NCBI RefSeq assembly: GCF_006345805.1
Contig: NC_042998.1
Coordinates: forward strand, 90,768,001-90,832,000
Source of the DNA: Octopus sinensis
Lineage: Eukaryota
Direction of reading: 5' to 3'
Length of the DNA: 64,000 nucleotides
The position numbers and the translations under genes are program-made. A model generated the notes under the pieces. The model had not been told where the DNA came from. It did no database searches and saw only the letters and a program-made list of their open reading frames with translations. The stretch's first letter is position 1; each line of letters opens with the position of its first letter. Positions 1 through 11,712 of this stretch are shown piece by piece.

Positions 1-34
1 CATACTTACACACATACCTACATACATACATACA

Positions 35-69
<35 letters not shown>

Positions 70-85
70 GTGTGTGTGTGTGTGT
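1..85. repeat. (ATAC)n/(TG)n microsatellite
   Basis: Seen directly. Confidence 0.95.
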
Positions 86-125
86 AAAGGTTATAATATT
101 CTGTTTTTATTTTTATTTTTTACAG

Positions 126-251
126 AAACCAATGTTATCTGATGCTGACAACACTATATATTCAAGAACTTCAGAAAAGAACAGAATGCAAAATCCAAAT
201 ATGTATCAATATTATTTTCTTCCATACATACACCAAGAGGCACGTACATAG
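126..251 (+). other. Possible terminal exon of an unidentified upstream gene
   Basis: Strong polypyrimidine tract plus tacAG at 125; open frame KPMLSDADNTIYSRTSEK...ART-stop; AATAAA at 274-279; no recognisable homology. Confidence 0.25.
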
Positions 252-775
252 TGTCAATCATTGCACCAACAGCAATAAACTGTCAAATTTGAGACCAAAT
301 CCATTTAATAATAGCAGTTAAAGTTTCACTATCAAACAATTAACCAAGACATCTTAAATATGTATTATCTGTTTTAATACTTGCATGGCAAACGTGTACA
401 TTGACCACAAAGCTAGATGTGTTTTGATACACAATATATAATACGTACATGCATGCAAACATATACATATATATATTCACATACACACACACATACATGC
501 ATGCACATGTGCACACACACACACACACACACACACATAGTTCTCCAATTCTTATATTTGAAACTGAATGGTAAAAGCAACTGAAATAAGTCTATAATAT
601 AGTATTGTATAAATAATATATATATTCCAAACATATATTTTACTATATGCAAGTCCTCTTTTCCCTTAATATTTCTGTTTATTAAAATTTATAGCATATC
701 TGTCTACATATCTAATAAGACATTTAGCAATATATGTATATGTGTGTACAGTCGCATGTGTCTGTGTGTGTATAT

Positions 776-778
<3 letters not shown>

Positions 779-830
<52 letters not shown>

Positions 831-849
831 ACCCATACACACACACACA
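779..849. repeat. (AC)n microsatellite
   Basis: Seen directly. Further (AT)n/(AC)n/(GA)n tracts at 1153-1190, 1864-1996, 3208-3237, 4326-4392, 14353-14392, 45530-45586, 56033-56097. Confidence 0.95.
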
Positions 850-1149
850 AGTAATATAGAATTCTGCTCATTCTCCCTCTGATGATGGAATAGATTGCTA
901 CTATAAGGTTGACTGTTGATTGTTTGCAGAATAAAGCACCATCTGCAGATCAACTCTTGAAACAGCTTTCAGAAACTACCTGCACACTTCTTACTTCCTT
1001 CCTTCACATGATCTGTACTCATGTAATGACTCAACCCTCATGTTTAGATATATAAATGTCATAATCTAACCTCATATCTGTTGTTTGCCTGTTTATAATT
1101 GTGTCATCTCCTAATATAATAATGAGCATAGTGTTTTGATATATTTGAA

Positions 1150-1194
<45 letters not shown>

Positions 1195-1633
1195 CCAAAA
1201 TCACAGAGTAGGAGTAGGGTGGAGTAGGAGAAAGACTAGTATAAATGGAGAGGAGAGAGTAATTCAGTGAAGGAGAAGTAGTGAGAGTAATAGCCCTGAC
1301 TGAGAGTGAGTGAAAGAAAGTAATAGCAATGGAAAAGGGAAGGCGTGATAGATGAATAAGGAAGGAAGGGGTGAAAAAAAATCAACATTTCATCTCTGTG
1401 TGAGTATATGTGTGTGCATGTAAAAGGGAGGTATGTGAATGTTTGTGTGTGTGTGTGTGTATGTGTGTGTGTGTATACATATATCATATATATGAATAAA
1501 GTTTTTCTAAGTCTACAGTGAGATATATTAGTAACGACAGAAAATATGTCAGAAGTGATTGTTGTCTTGCATTGGAGAGAATATACCCCCATCTTCTGAT
1601 TTATTTACCAATTATTATTAATATATTCATTTA

Positions 1634-1850
1634 GGTGGCAAGTTGGCAGAAATGTAAGACCCCTAGGCAAAATGCTAAGCGGCATTTTGTTCATCTTTAC
1701 GTCCTGAGTTCAAATTCCACTGAGGTCAACTTTGCCTTTCATCCTTTCAGGGTCGATAAAATTAATACCAGTTGATCACTGGGGTTGATTTAATTGACTA
1801 ACATGTTCTCCTAAAATTGCTGACCTTGTGCCAACATTTGAAACCATTAT
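1634..1850 (+). mobile_element. SINE, second abundant family
   Basis: GGCAGAA...CTGAGTTCAAATTCC..GAGGTC.ACTTTGCCTTTCATCCTTTC.GGGTCGATAAA...TACCAGT. Copies at 4640-4850, 23070-23270, 11560-11712(-), 36760-37440(-), 62380-62640(-). Confidence 0.7.
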
Positions 1851-1923
1851 TAATATATACTTTATATGTGTGTATGTATATGTACATACATACATACACA
1901 CACACATATATGTGTGTGTGTAT

Positions 1924-1973
<50 letters not shown>

Positions 1974-1996
1974 ATATAGTGTGTGTGCATATATAT

Positions 1997-2178
1997 GTGG
2001 ACTTCCTTCAGTCCATCAACTGATGCCACTTTTGTACCACAAACTTTATCTTTCAAGTATTCCCCCACCCAATAAAAAAATGTCAGGTGATGAGAGGTCC
2101 AGTGAAATTGAAGGGTATTCTTCTGAAACAGTTGTCCAATACACCTGTTTGGAAAAATCTCAACAAGGTAGGTCCTGT
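1997..2178 (-). mobile_element. Tc1/mariner transposase C-terminal fragment
   Basis: FPNRCIGQ...FFYWVGEYLKDKVCGTKVASVDGLK, resembling FPxRWIG...WGYLKDKVY. Confidence 0.55.
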
Positions 2179-2364
2179 GTATGTAAATATGTGTGTGTAT
2201 GTATATGTATGTGAGTGTATGTTTATATATGTGTGTATATATATATCTGTATATGTGTATATTGCAGCTTTTGTTAGTTCGAGTGACTCTCCACAAAAGG
2301 GGGAAAAAACAGATGGAAATGAAACTATACCTGCTGAATCTTTCAATAAAATAGCATTTCAGTT

Positions 2365-2455
2365 CCATTAAATAAACTGTACTTTAAAGATCTTATAGAG
2401 AAAACTGAAGATTTCATCAGGAGAATGAGATGGCAAGCATACTTTTACAATGACC
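2365..2455 (+). mobile_element. Penelope-like element N-terminal ORF fragment
   Basis: KLYFKDLIEKTEDFIRRMRWQAYFY, resembling the KxExFIxRMRWKA motif of PLE ORFs. Confidence 0.5.
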
Positions 2456-2754
2456 TAAGTTTTTCAGCTTTAATAAAATAGTATTTTACTTTACTTTTGG
2501 TATTTAAGTGCTAAATTTACCACCTGGTTTTGTACTTATATGCTTACTTGTATATATATATATATATATATATATATAACCATCTACCATCTGAAACTTG
2601 GTATAATAAAGTGTTCCTTGAGGATCCATTGTGGTTGACCTATATGCAATTGGAACAGCTATCACCAGGCTACAAATAACTATAATGGTGAAATGCACAT
2701 AGTAACTTTAATATCAACTTGTGTCTATCCTTATTTTTACATATATATATAAGT

Positions 2755-3180
2755 CATCATCATCATCATCATCATTTAATATCTGTTTTCCATGCTGGCA
2801 TGGGTTGCATCATTTGATAGGAGCTGGCAAGGCCAGGAGCTGCACCAGGTTTCATTGTCTGTTTTGGCATGGTTTCTATGGCTGGATGCCTTCCTAACGC
2901 CAACCACTTTATGGAGTGCAGTGGCTGATTTTTATGCTGCACTAGTATTTTTAAGTGGCACCAGCACCAGTGCTTTTTACGTAACACCATCAGAGTGCTT
3001 TTCACATAGCACCAGCACTGACAGGGTCATCAAGTACAAAACCCCCTCAACTGGAAGTGGGGAGTGGTATTGAGGTATGCAGCTTTGTGCTAGTTGAAAG
3101 ATTAAAGTTATAGAAGGACAGATACAGGTGTCTTGCTGCAGAGTAGATACATGGGTACACCAGTTGGAAAAAAAAGGAGT
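2755..3180 (-). mobile_element. RTE-related 3' tail repeat
   Basis: (CAT)n plus TTTTCCATGCTGGCATGGGTTG...GGATGCCTTCCTAACGCCAACCAC. Confidence 0.65.
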
Positions 3181-3205
3181 TAGAGAGTAAGATAAAGAGA
3201 ATAGT

Positions 3206-3243
<38 letters not shown>

Positions 3244-4331
3244 AGAGAGTCAATGGTGAAAATGTGTTGGGACATGCCCTTGAGGGACTTTGGTGGTGAT
3301 GAGAATAGGTGAAGTGGTACAGAGGCTTGGACTGGGTGAGTGGGCAAGATTGAGGTAACCAAACAAATGATGAAGAGGAATATAGGAGAGGCTCAGGGGC
3401 AGACGTTGTGGCAAATACGTGAGGGCACTGTGGGTGATTGCAGGTAAACGAGGGATTGATGATGGAGGACATCATTAACACCTCGCTTAATGAGAGAAGG
3501 CACAGGAAGGAGGTGATTGGTGAAGATAGTAGATGAGGGAAGACATTGGAGAAATGGAAGTAGTCTTAGGTAGAGGGAAGAGAGATAACTCAGAAAACTA
3601 GGATATGTAGTATGTATCTATTCTGTGATGGGTGTTAGGGTATGGAATGTGAGGGGTGATTATGGGATATCTCGGTCCTTTGTCATATCTTTCATAAGGC
3701 TCAGCATCTTGAGATCAACCTTTAATACCCCATTCCATGTCATTCTCTTCCGCAAGTTCCATCCACTTTAAGTGATCAGCACTTCTTTATGCAACTGTCC
3801 ACATTAGAATTAGAAATAGAATGACTTTGGCACAGTATTATATATTTGAAAAAATGAATGGGAATGGCTTTTCTGATAATTTTTCCACTTTAATAATTAG
3901 ATGTTTGAGGAAAAAATTTCATTAGGGGTTTACAAACCATGACTCTATTTTGAGTTTCTTGCTTAAAAGCAGCTTTCAAAAGATTCTTTATTTGGTATCA
4001 AAGTTCATTTAATACTTAGTTCATGTTTGTGTGTTGGTAAGGATGTTAGGAGTATTATAAAACTGCAAACACATACACATATTCATGTGTATATACACAC
4101 ACACACACACATACATACATAAGTGGACCCCCTTCAGTCATGAATGACAGTGGGGTTGCACCTAGAAAGTTACCCTCTGAGGAACAAGTCCAGACAAGTT
4201 TGTTTATGGAAGACCAGCAGTTGCCCATGCATACCAGCCTTCCCTCTCTGTGCCACCAATGTTATCCAAAGAAAAGGCAAAGGTTGATACAGCTTGGCAC
4301 CAGTGACGTTGCAACTCATTTCTACATATAT

Positions 4332-4380
<49 letters not shown>

Positions 4381-5244
4381 TATATATTATATATAAAGGA
4401 ATGACGGAAGTATGTCAAAATAGAAAAATAAAATTATAGGGTATATTTTATTCTGTCAAGTGGGGTGGTCAGTTGGAAGTCAGATGACACCATAAATATG
4501 CTACTCATATACATATACTTCAGACACACACACACACACACACATGCATGTATGTATACATACATACATACAAAAATACATACATGCATATATATTGAAA
4601 ATTAGACATTAAAATGATGATGATATGTATAATATATGTAAGGTAGCAAGCTGGCAGATTTGTTAGCACACTGAACAAAATGCCGAATGATATTTCATCT
4701 ATCTTTATATTCTGAGTTCAAATTGCACTGAGGTCAAATTTACTTTGCATATTTTCAGGGACAATTAAACAAGTACCAGTTGAGCAATGAGGTTGATGTA
4801 ATCAATTATATACCCCTCCACCAAACTTTCACGCCTTGTACCAATAGTAAGAAAGTAGATCTATGCATATATGTATGTGTAAGTGTGTGTGTGTGTATAT
4901 CTATGACATATAAAAACATATATATATAACATATAAATACATATAGATATGTATGACATATAAATACATATAGATATGCATGTGTGTGTATGTATATATA
5001 TATATATACTTATGTGCATGCATAAATATATATATATATATGTTATGATTGTGTGTGTACCTATAGACTAAAAGATAGCTATAAATTACATGTTTATAAT
5101 GCTCCATTAAACAATATTGGAATTTATATTGCATATATCAATATTAAAAGCCTTATCTTTCAAAATGTGTTTGGTTTTATGTCTTTCATAAATTTGTCAA
5201 CACTTTACAAATGTAATATATGACTGCATTGAATTCTCCTGTTT

Positions 5245-5537
5245 TTATCACTGAACACCTTTTTGATCTCCATGTGTCTAACACACGTGGACATGCCTAC
5301 AAAGTCAGAAAACAATACAGCTCTCATGACTTTCGGAAACATTTTTTCACGCTCAGAGTTGCTGAAGCATGGAATAAACTGCCTGCGTCAGTTGTTGACT
5401 GCCATGACACTGCATCTTTTAAGGCCCTCATGCTTTCCGAAATCCGCCGAAACTACACCTGATTATATATACACTTTAGATGAGTTGTAGTGCACCTGAG
5501 CACTGTACACAATTATTATTATTATTATTATTATTAT
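5245..5537 (+). mobile_element. CR1-type LINE 3' end with (ATT)n tail
   Basis: TRGHAYKV...RKHFFTLRVAEAWNKLPASVV...SFK; tail at 5511-5537. Confidence 0.82.
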
Positions 5538-5944
5538 AAAATATTTATAAATTGATTGACATGCCCATTGATATTCCATTTTGTGTTTCTTTTGCAAATT
5601 TAGAATTTACTACTTGTAACATTGTATTTCATGTTGGAAATTTGGTAGAATGGCTTTTCTTTCGTATATCTGAAGTCATGAAAATGTATAATCTTCAGAA
5701 GTTTTCTAAATGATGGAGAAAGATGCCCTGTTGAGGGCAGATGCTCTATGCTAGATAACTTTAGCATTTTGGAATTTAAACTGGCTATATTCAACCATAA
5801 ATATTCTACCTTGTTTATGTTCAAACCAGCCAGATTCAACCTCTTACACCTATTATACAGTGTCATTCTAAAAATAAACAATCATATTACTGAGATCATG
5901 AAGCTATGAGATAATGCATAATTAATTCAAAACAATGTGCATGT

Positions 5945-6410
5945 ATACAGACAATAATTCTACATGGTAGTGAGAGATGGGCCCCCGAATGCAGAGGACA
6001 TATGAAGGTTAGAAAGGAATGAGGCTAGTATGCTTCACTGGATGTGTAATGTAAGTGTACATGTTTGACAGAGTACCAGTGTTTTGAGAGAGGAGTTAGG
6101 CATAAGAGGACTTGGTTGCTGTGTGCAAGAGAAATGACTGTGCTGGTCTGGTCAAGTTATATGGATGGATGCTGACAGCTCCATAAAGAAGTGCTGATCT
6201 CTCAAAGTGGGAGATCCAGGAAGACATGGGATGAAGTAGTGATGAATGACCTCCGGAAGCTGACCTTTTCAGGCAAAATGACAAAGGACCAAGATACCTG
6301 GCATCTGGCCATATTCAAAAAGACCTGTACTCTGCAGCAGAAGTGTTAAGACTGATCCTGCTGGTGGTGTAAAGCACTCATGGCAGTGCCACATAAAAGT
6401 GCCACATCTA
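5945..6410 (+). mobile_element. RTE-clade LINE ORF2 C-terminal fragment
   Basis: LHGSERW...RLERNEASMLHWMCNV...LREELGIRG...RKTWDEVV. Confidence 0.75.
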
Positions 6411-6419
6411 CAGACTTCA

Positions 6420-6646
6420 TTAATCCCTCAACATTCAGATTACTGTCAAATGCAATGTTTATTTATTCACAATTATTTAAATTAATCATGTATTATCGCG
6501 TAGCTTTGAGACATCAATGATATGATTATATATTTTGAGAATGACATTGTAAGTTAGGTGTGAGAGACTAAACCTGGTCAGTTTGAAAATAAAACAGGTA
6601 GAATATTTGGGCTGGACATGGCTGGTTTAAATGCTAAAGGATTCAA
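6420..6646. mobile_element. MITE-like non-autonomous element (degenerate TTAACCCTTTAGCATT-type ends); inverted partial copy at 5756-5940
   Basis: Ends TAATCCCTCAACATT...AATGCTAAAGGATT; 5756-5940 is the reverse complement of much of it. Confidence 0.55.
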
Positions 6647-7569
6647 GTTTATTCAGTGATTCTCAATATATTATGGTTGATTGAATTGACAGCTTGAATT
6701 AGCTTTGGGATTTGTCATTTAATATTTCAAGTGGTATTATTTCTCCTATAAAAAAAAAGTTAACAAGATCTTTCTAAATTATTGTCCTTCATGTGTCAGA
6801 CAAAAGTGTTAATATATCAACTGTGTAGCCAATTTCCAATAACACAAATTTTATTTAGGGATGCAAATAATCTTGGAATAAATCATCAATAATACCAATT
6901 ATGTCTGAGAAACAGGCTTTACCTGGTAAACTGATGTGAATCATCACAAAGTAAATTCTTAGAATCATTTATTTAAATGCTTAGGGTTGATATGTGCTGT
7001 CAAAGTGTAACAGTGTTGACTTGATGGCTCAGGAGAAAACAGAGTTTTGATTAAACAAAACTTTAATTTAAGAAAGTCAGTGACATAAAGTGAAATATTT
7101 GAAGTGGTCTTTCATTTAATTTTAAAATCTAGATTCAACTATGTAAATAATTCTAATCATTGATTGGAATATTAATTCAATAAAATACAAGATGAACAAA
7201 TAGCTGTGTGTGTGTGTGCTCCCAGAGTGTAAGATTTAAAGCTCAATTTAAATTCAACTATTGACAAGGTAAATTATAATAAGGTAACAATGAAAAGAAG
7301 AACACAGAGAAAGACAGAAAGGGATAAAACATTAAAATAAAATGTGAAAAATTAAAAGGATAGAATAAAAGAGAGAAGAAAGAAGTAGGAGTGAAACGAG
7401 CAGAATAGATAAAACGAAAAAGAAAATGAGAAGCAACAGACATTTGCCTACTACACACCTTAAAATTCAAATAATTAATTAATATCTAGAAAAAAATAAA
7501 CAGATATATTGCAAAAGAGCAACAAGCAATATTCAAGATCAGTGAACTTAATGCTATGGAGGTAAAGAA

Positions 7570-8460
7570 AGAAGGCTAGGTTGATGTTTCAGACAGTGTT
7601 CCTTTGTCAAGACAGGAGAATGGGAAATAAAAATAGGACTAAAAACAATCATAAGTCAAGTAACATACTGACTGGTAGACAAGAATTAGTAAAGTTGTTT
7701 TTATAGTAAAGAAGAATAAGAATTAGTAAAGGAAATGAATGGGCCAAGCATAGAAGGGGGAAACATAATTAAATGTGAAGTAATATAAGTTTGTATGGAT
7801 GTAGAAAGATTTGATGTCAGACATGCAGGAAATATATAATATGCTAGTTTCTCTTATGTATTACAGTAAGTCACTGAGTTCGCATTATTGCAGTAGATAA
7901 CATTTTGAATGTGCAGGTGAAGTAATCTATGATATGGGAACAGGACTTATGTCTGTATGAGGTGGGGTTTTTGTAGATGAAGGGACAGGTGTTACAATGA
8001 GAGTAAATAAAACACCTATGTTATGTGTGGTAAGTGGGGAGGCAGAGGGTTACCTGAATTATAGTTGTATCTAGTGAAAGGTAGAGAGTGTTCAAAAAAA
8101 TATGGACTCAGAACCAATGTAGGGTGCACTGGAGAAGTCAGTGATAGTATTTAAGATGTGAAGGAATGGAAAACGGTTGATGAAAGTATAGGTGGGAGTG
8201 CAATCAGTGAGAATGAGTAACATTCATGGTTGGTTGGCAGTGACCTTGTCACACAAAGAAGTGGATCAACACCAAAATTTCAATTATAAAGATGGTGAAG
8301 GTGGAGGAATCATTTGTAGGGGATGTGTGATTTAATGAAGAATATGAGGTGAAGAGGAGCAAAGAATACCAAAGTGTTCGAGTCTTGTAGAGGTTCCACT
8401 GTCATATTACCATAGTGCTGTCCATGTCAGTTTGATGATGTTGCTATGTTGGTGCTGAAG
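7570..8460 (-). mobile_element. Degraded Penelope-like element
   Basis: Frameshifted IIK.DK...V...LY-like segment at ~8390-8440 and a hammerhead-like remnant at 7581-7612. Confidence 0.35.
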
Positions 8461-9739
8461 GTGGCAAACTGCAAGCAATTTCTGATCAAGAGATACCTAA
8501 AATGATTCTTGAAATCAAAGTCTCAGTCATTCACAGAGTATCAACACAAGCTGATGAGTATATCAAGAATTTTTAATTGCCCTAGGCATCCTGTGAGAGT
8601 TGGCTGAGATTGGTGAAGCAATTGGTGTTGTTAGATACTGTTTATTAGGTGTAAAAGAAAACATGCAGCTTGGTATAGTACAGGATTAGTCCAAGTCTTC
8701 CTGCAATATGGACAACTGACTTACTTTCCTCTAAAACATCCCTTACACCCAACACACCATGCATACACATACACACACAAACTTCATCAACTTTATTCTA
8801 TACCTACATCCACACACATGCACTTCACACTGCTTGCCTTCCCAGCTGCACACTTATGAACTTCACTACATCTAATGTAAAAGTCAGGATCTAAGCAATG
8901 TGAGCAGCAAAGCGTAACATCAGACAAAAGTTTTGTATTTAAAATAGAGTCTCAACATTTGCTGCTGTCAAAATGATGAACTGTCGAAAGCTGTGTGCAT
9001 TAACACTAACATTCTCACCACTTACACAGAAATATTCTTGCTTTCATATAAATGAACATACTACTATAATGAGCTGAATTTTCCAGTGTTACTCAGTTGT
9101 TCCATATTGGGCCATCATGTCCAATACAAGCTTTTAACAAAGAAAATGATGAAACAAAAATGAACACCTTATCTTCTCATTCATCCAATATTCCTTTTCG
9201 TTTTTAATGTGGTAACACATTCACAGCTTATTGTTGTCCTGTTTAAACATCATTCTGGTGTTAAACTTCAATAAAATAGTTGTATTTCTTTTTGTGGGTG
9301 CTAAAACAATACATATGTCATGTATACCTTTTCTGAAAGGTATGTTCTGTCAAACATTAATATATTATTTATCAATTTAAAAATTCACAACCAGTTAAAC
9401 TTTTCCTCTTAATTAAAAAAAAAAAAGCTCTGTAAACTTAACAGTAATTGTAAGCAACTCTCAATAACAGTTCATATAAAAGTAAATACAACACAAAAAA
9501 TTTGGTTGGAACATGGAATGCATTGAAACTTTTATGAATAGAAACAAGGAATCTGAAGAACAATATGATTCCATCATGTGAGAGCCTCCTGTACTATTTT
9601 TCAACCATATTGGTATCAAGCTGATGCAGAAGATTTTCAAGCATACAGAAAGGTTTCTGTATTTTCACTTGTTGAAATTATTCAGTTTGTTTAGTAGAAA
9701 GGAATGAACATGTTTGTGTTGATTTTTTTAAATAAAAAA

Positions 9740-10450
9740 ACTGGAAGCAGGTGGCAAATAATTTGCCTGTTCCAGTTTATGTTGTGCACACTGCATATGT
9801 TGAGGTCATTATTGCATGGAGTTAGTGAGAACATGTTTCAACTAACACCACTATCACAAGTACACCAGTACATGTAATAGCCCTTATGCTGGTAAGGGTT
9901 ATTATGTAACAGTTCATTTCAAAACGTTTGTGCATATGAGTCAATTCTCCCTAGTCTTGAAAGGAGAATGAAAATGCAAGCAAAGAGTGGTTGCATAATT
10001 CTCTTAAGAAACATAACATTTCATGGGGGACACCTAAGGTATCATTCCTGGATTATAAAAACCAGCTTCAATCATCATAAGGTGACCATCTTTTTCAATA
10101 ACTATAAACATGTAAACACAGGTTCTCCAGATATGTGTTGTCCACCTACAGAGTTTTAATAAAAGTTGGATGTATAAATGTGCAAATGTCAGGAAAAGTA
10201 GCTGCTGAAAAGAGGGATAAAAAGCTTCAGCCAAAGTATTGGCAGAGCAAGAATAATTAGTGACTATTTGCTGTGTAATTAGTGCAGTAGGGAACATGAT
10301 CTGTGTTACCTTGGAGTAGCACATTATTTTGGGTGGTGGTCAGCAGAAAAATTTCCTATTTTCATGAAGCATTCTGTGGCATACACTAACTGGGGAAAAA
10401 AAGGAGCAATTAATACTTGATGAATATGAGAGTCATATCACTATAAAGGT
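9740..10450 (+). mobile_element. pogo/Tigger-like (DDE_1) transposase fossil
   Basis: Fragments in several frames: ASKEWLHNSLKKHNIS (9976), KTSFNHHKVTIFFNNY (~10058), LVTICCVISAVGN (~10257), LILDEYESHITI (~10410). Confidence 0.65.
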
Positions 10451-10959
10451 TATTCACTATGTTAACAAACTTCAAACAAATAAAAATGTGAAGACCCTTC
10501 AGATGCAAGAGTAAAAGACTATTTCTTATGCATTTTACAAGGAAGGAAAAGGTACACTGTTTTGCTGATGAAGATATTAACTGAATCTTGAAACGTTTTC
10601 CAAGCAAGGATTTTGCATACCCCAAACACAGTGTCAGTTGATGTGGAAATATGCATGCATGGACATATAGATATCATATTAATTCAGCTTGTTCCATACA
10701 ACAGTAGGAGAACAAATCATCAACAAAAACTTATGCTTTTTGTTGATCAATCAATTTATAAGCAAGAATAAATACAAGGATATGTTATGGACCAATAAAC
10801 TTATTTATAGGTGTCAGACAAAAATGATAATAGGACTTGTTGTTGTTATGTGATAAGATACATCACTGGAACTTGAAAACTGAAATGATGCCAAACAATT
10901 CTTGAAATGTCCTAGAATTGTCGATGTGTTTGCAATGCTTCATAGCACTTCCAACTTAT

Positions 10960-11450
10960 TCTGTAGTGAGTAAGTTAAAATATTCACCAGGGTTTTGTTT
11001 TCTCTCATGCTATCTTTTTCTATCTATGAATGGCCTTGTTGTCACATGCAACATTATTCACTCTTCTGCAGATGATACTACCCTTTATTATTCCCTAATA
11101 TTTCCAACCATGTGTCATCCACATGCAAGCCTGATACCACATGCGAAACATGCATTTACTACATAAACAGACACCTTGAAAGCATCCTCCAAACATTGAA
11201 CCACTTTAAACACAAGCATAATACAAATAGAGCCCTTATGTTTATTCCAAATGCTAGGCCTCACTATTTCCAAAGATCTCTACTGGTGAAAGCATATCTT
11301 TAATAAAGCTAGGACATCTCAACAACTGGCTCTTCTCTTCAGAGCTAGGAAAGACTTCAGTCCCCAACAACTGCAGATATTCTACAAAGCTCAGGTTAGA
11401 TGCATAAAAGAGTATTGCTCCTACATCTGGGACAGTGTTGCAGCTGTACA
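10960..11450 (+). mobile_element. CR1/L2-group LINE RT fragment
   Basis: IHSSADDTTL (FADD-like) and LQIFYKAQVR...EYCSYIWD. Confidence 0.65.
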
Positions 11451-11559
11451 TGTGCATGCACATACACACATGCACACACACTCTGAAAATTTACCTTCAG
11501 AATTGGCGCTTCTTGTCAATTTCTGATCTAACTGGCAATCTTTCAGTATTGGTTAACAA

Positions 11560-11712
11560 TATCTATTTCTTTATTACCCACAAGGGGCTAAACACAGAGG
11601 GGACAAACAAGGACAGACATAGGTATTAAGTCGATTACATCGACACCAGTGCGTAACTGGTACTTAATTTATCGACCCCGAAAGGATGGAAGGCAAAGTC
11701 GACCTCGGCGGA
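11560..11712 (-). mobile_element. SINE fragment retaining its CpGs
   Basis: AACTGGTACTTAATTTATCGACCCCGAAAGGATGGAAGGCAAAGTCGACCTCGGCGGA is the reverse complement of the family core. Confidence 0.7.

Noticed and set aside
340-2371. Many ORFs rich in CV/YI/HT dipeptides
   Set aside because: Translations of (TG)n/(TA)n/(CA)n microsatellites, not genes.
9820-9880. SWIM-finger-like WCTCDSGVS/ETCSH on the - strand
   Set aside because: Needs a frameshift, has no supporting flanks, and lies within a + strand pogo fossil; likely chance.
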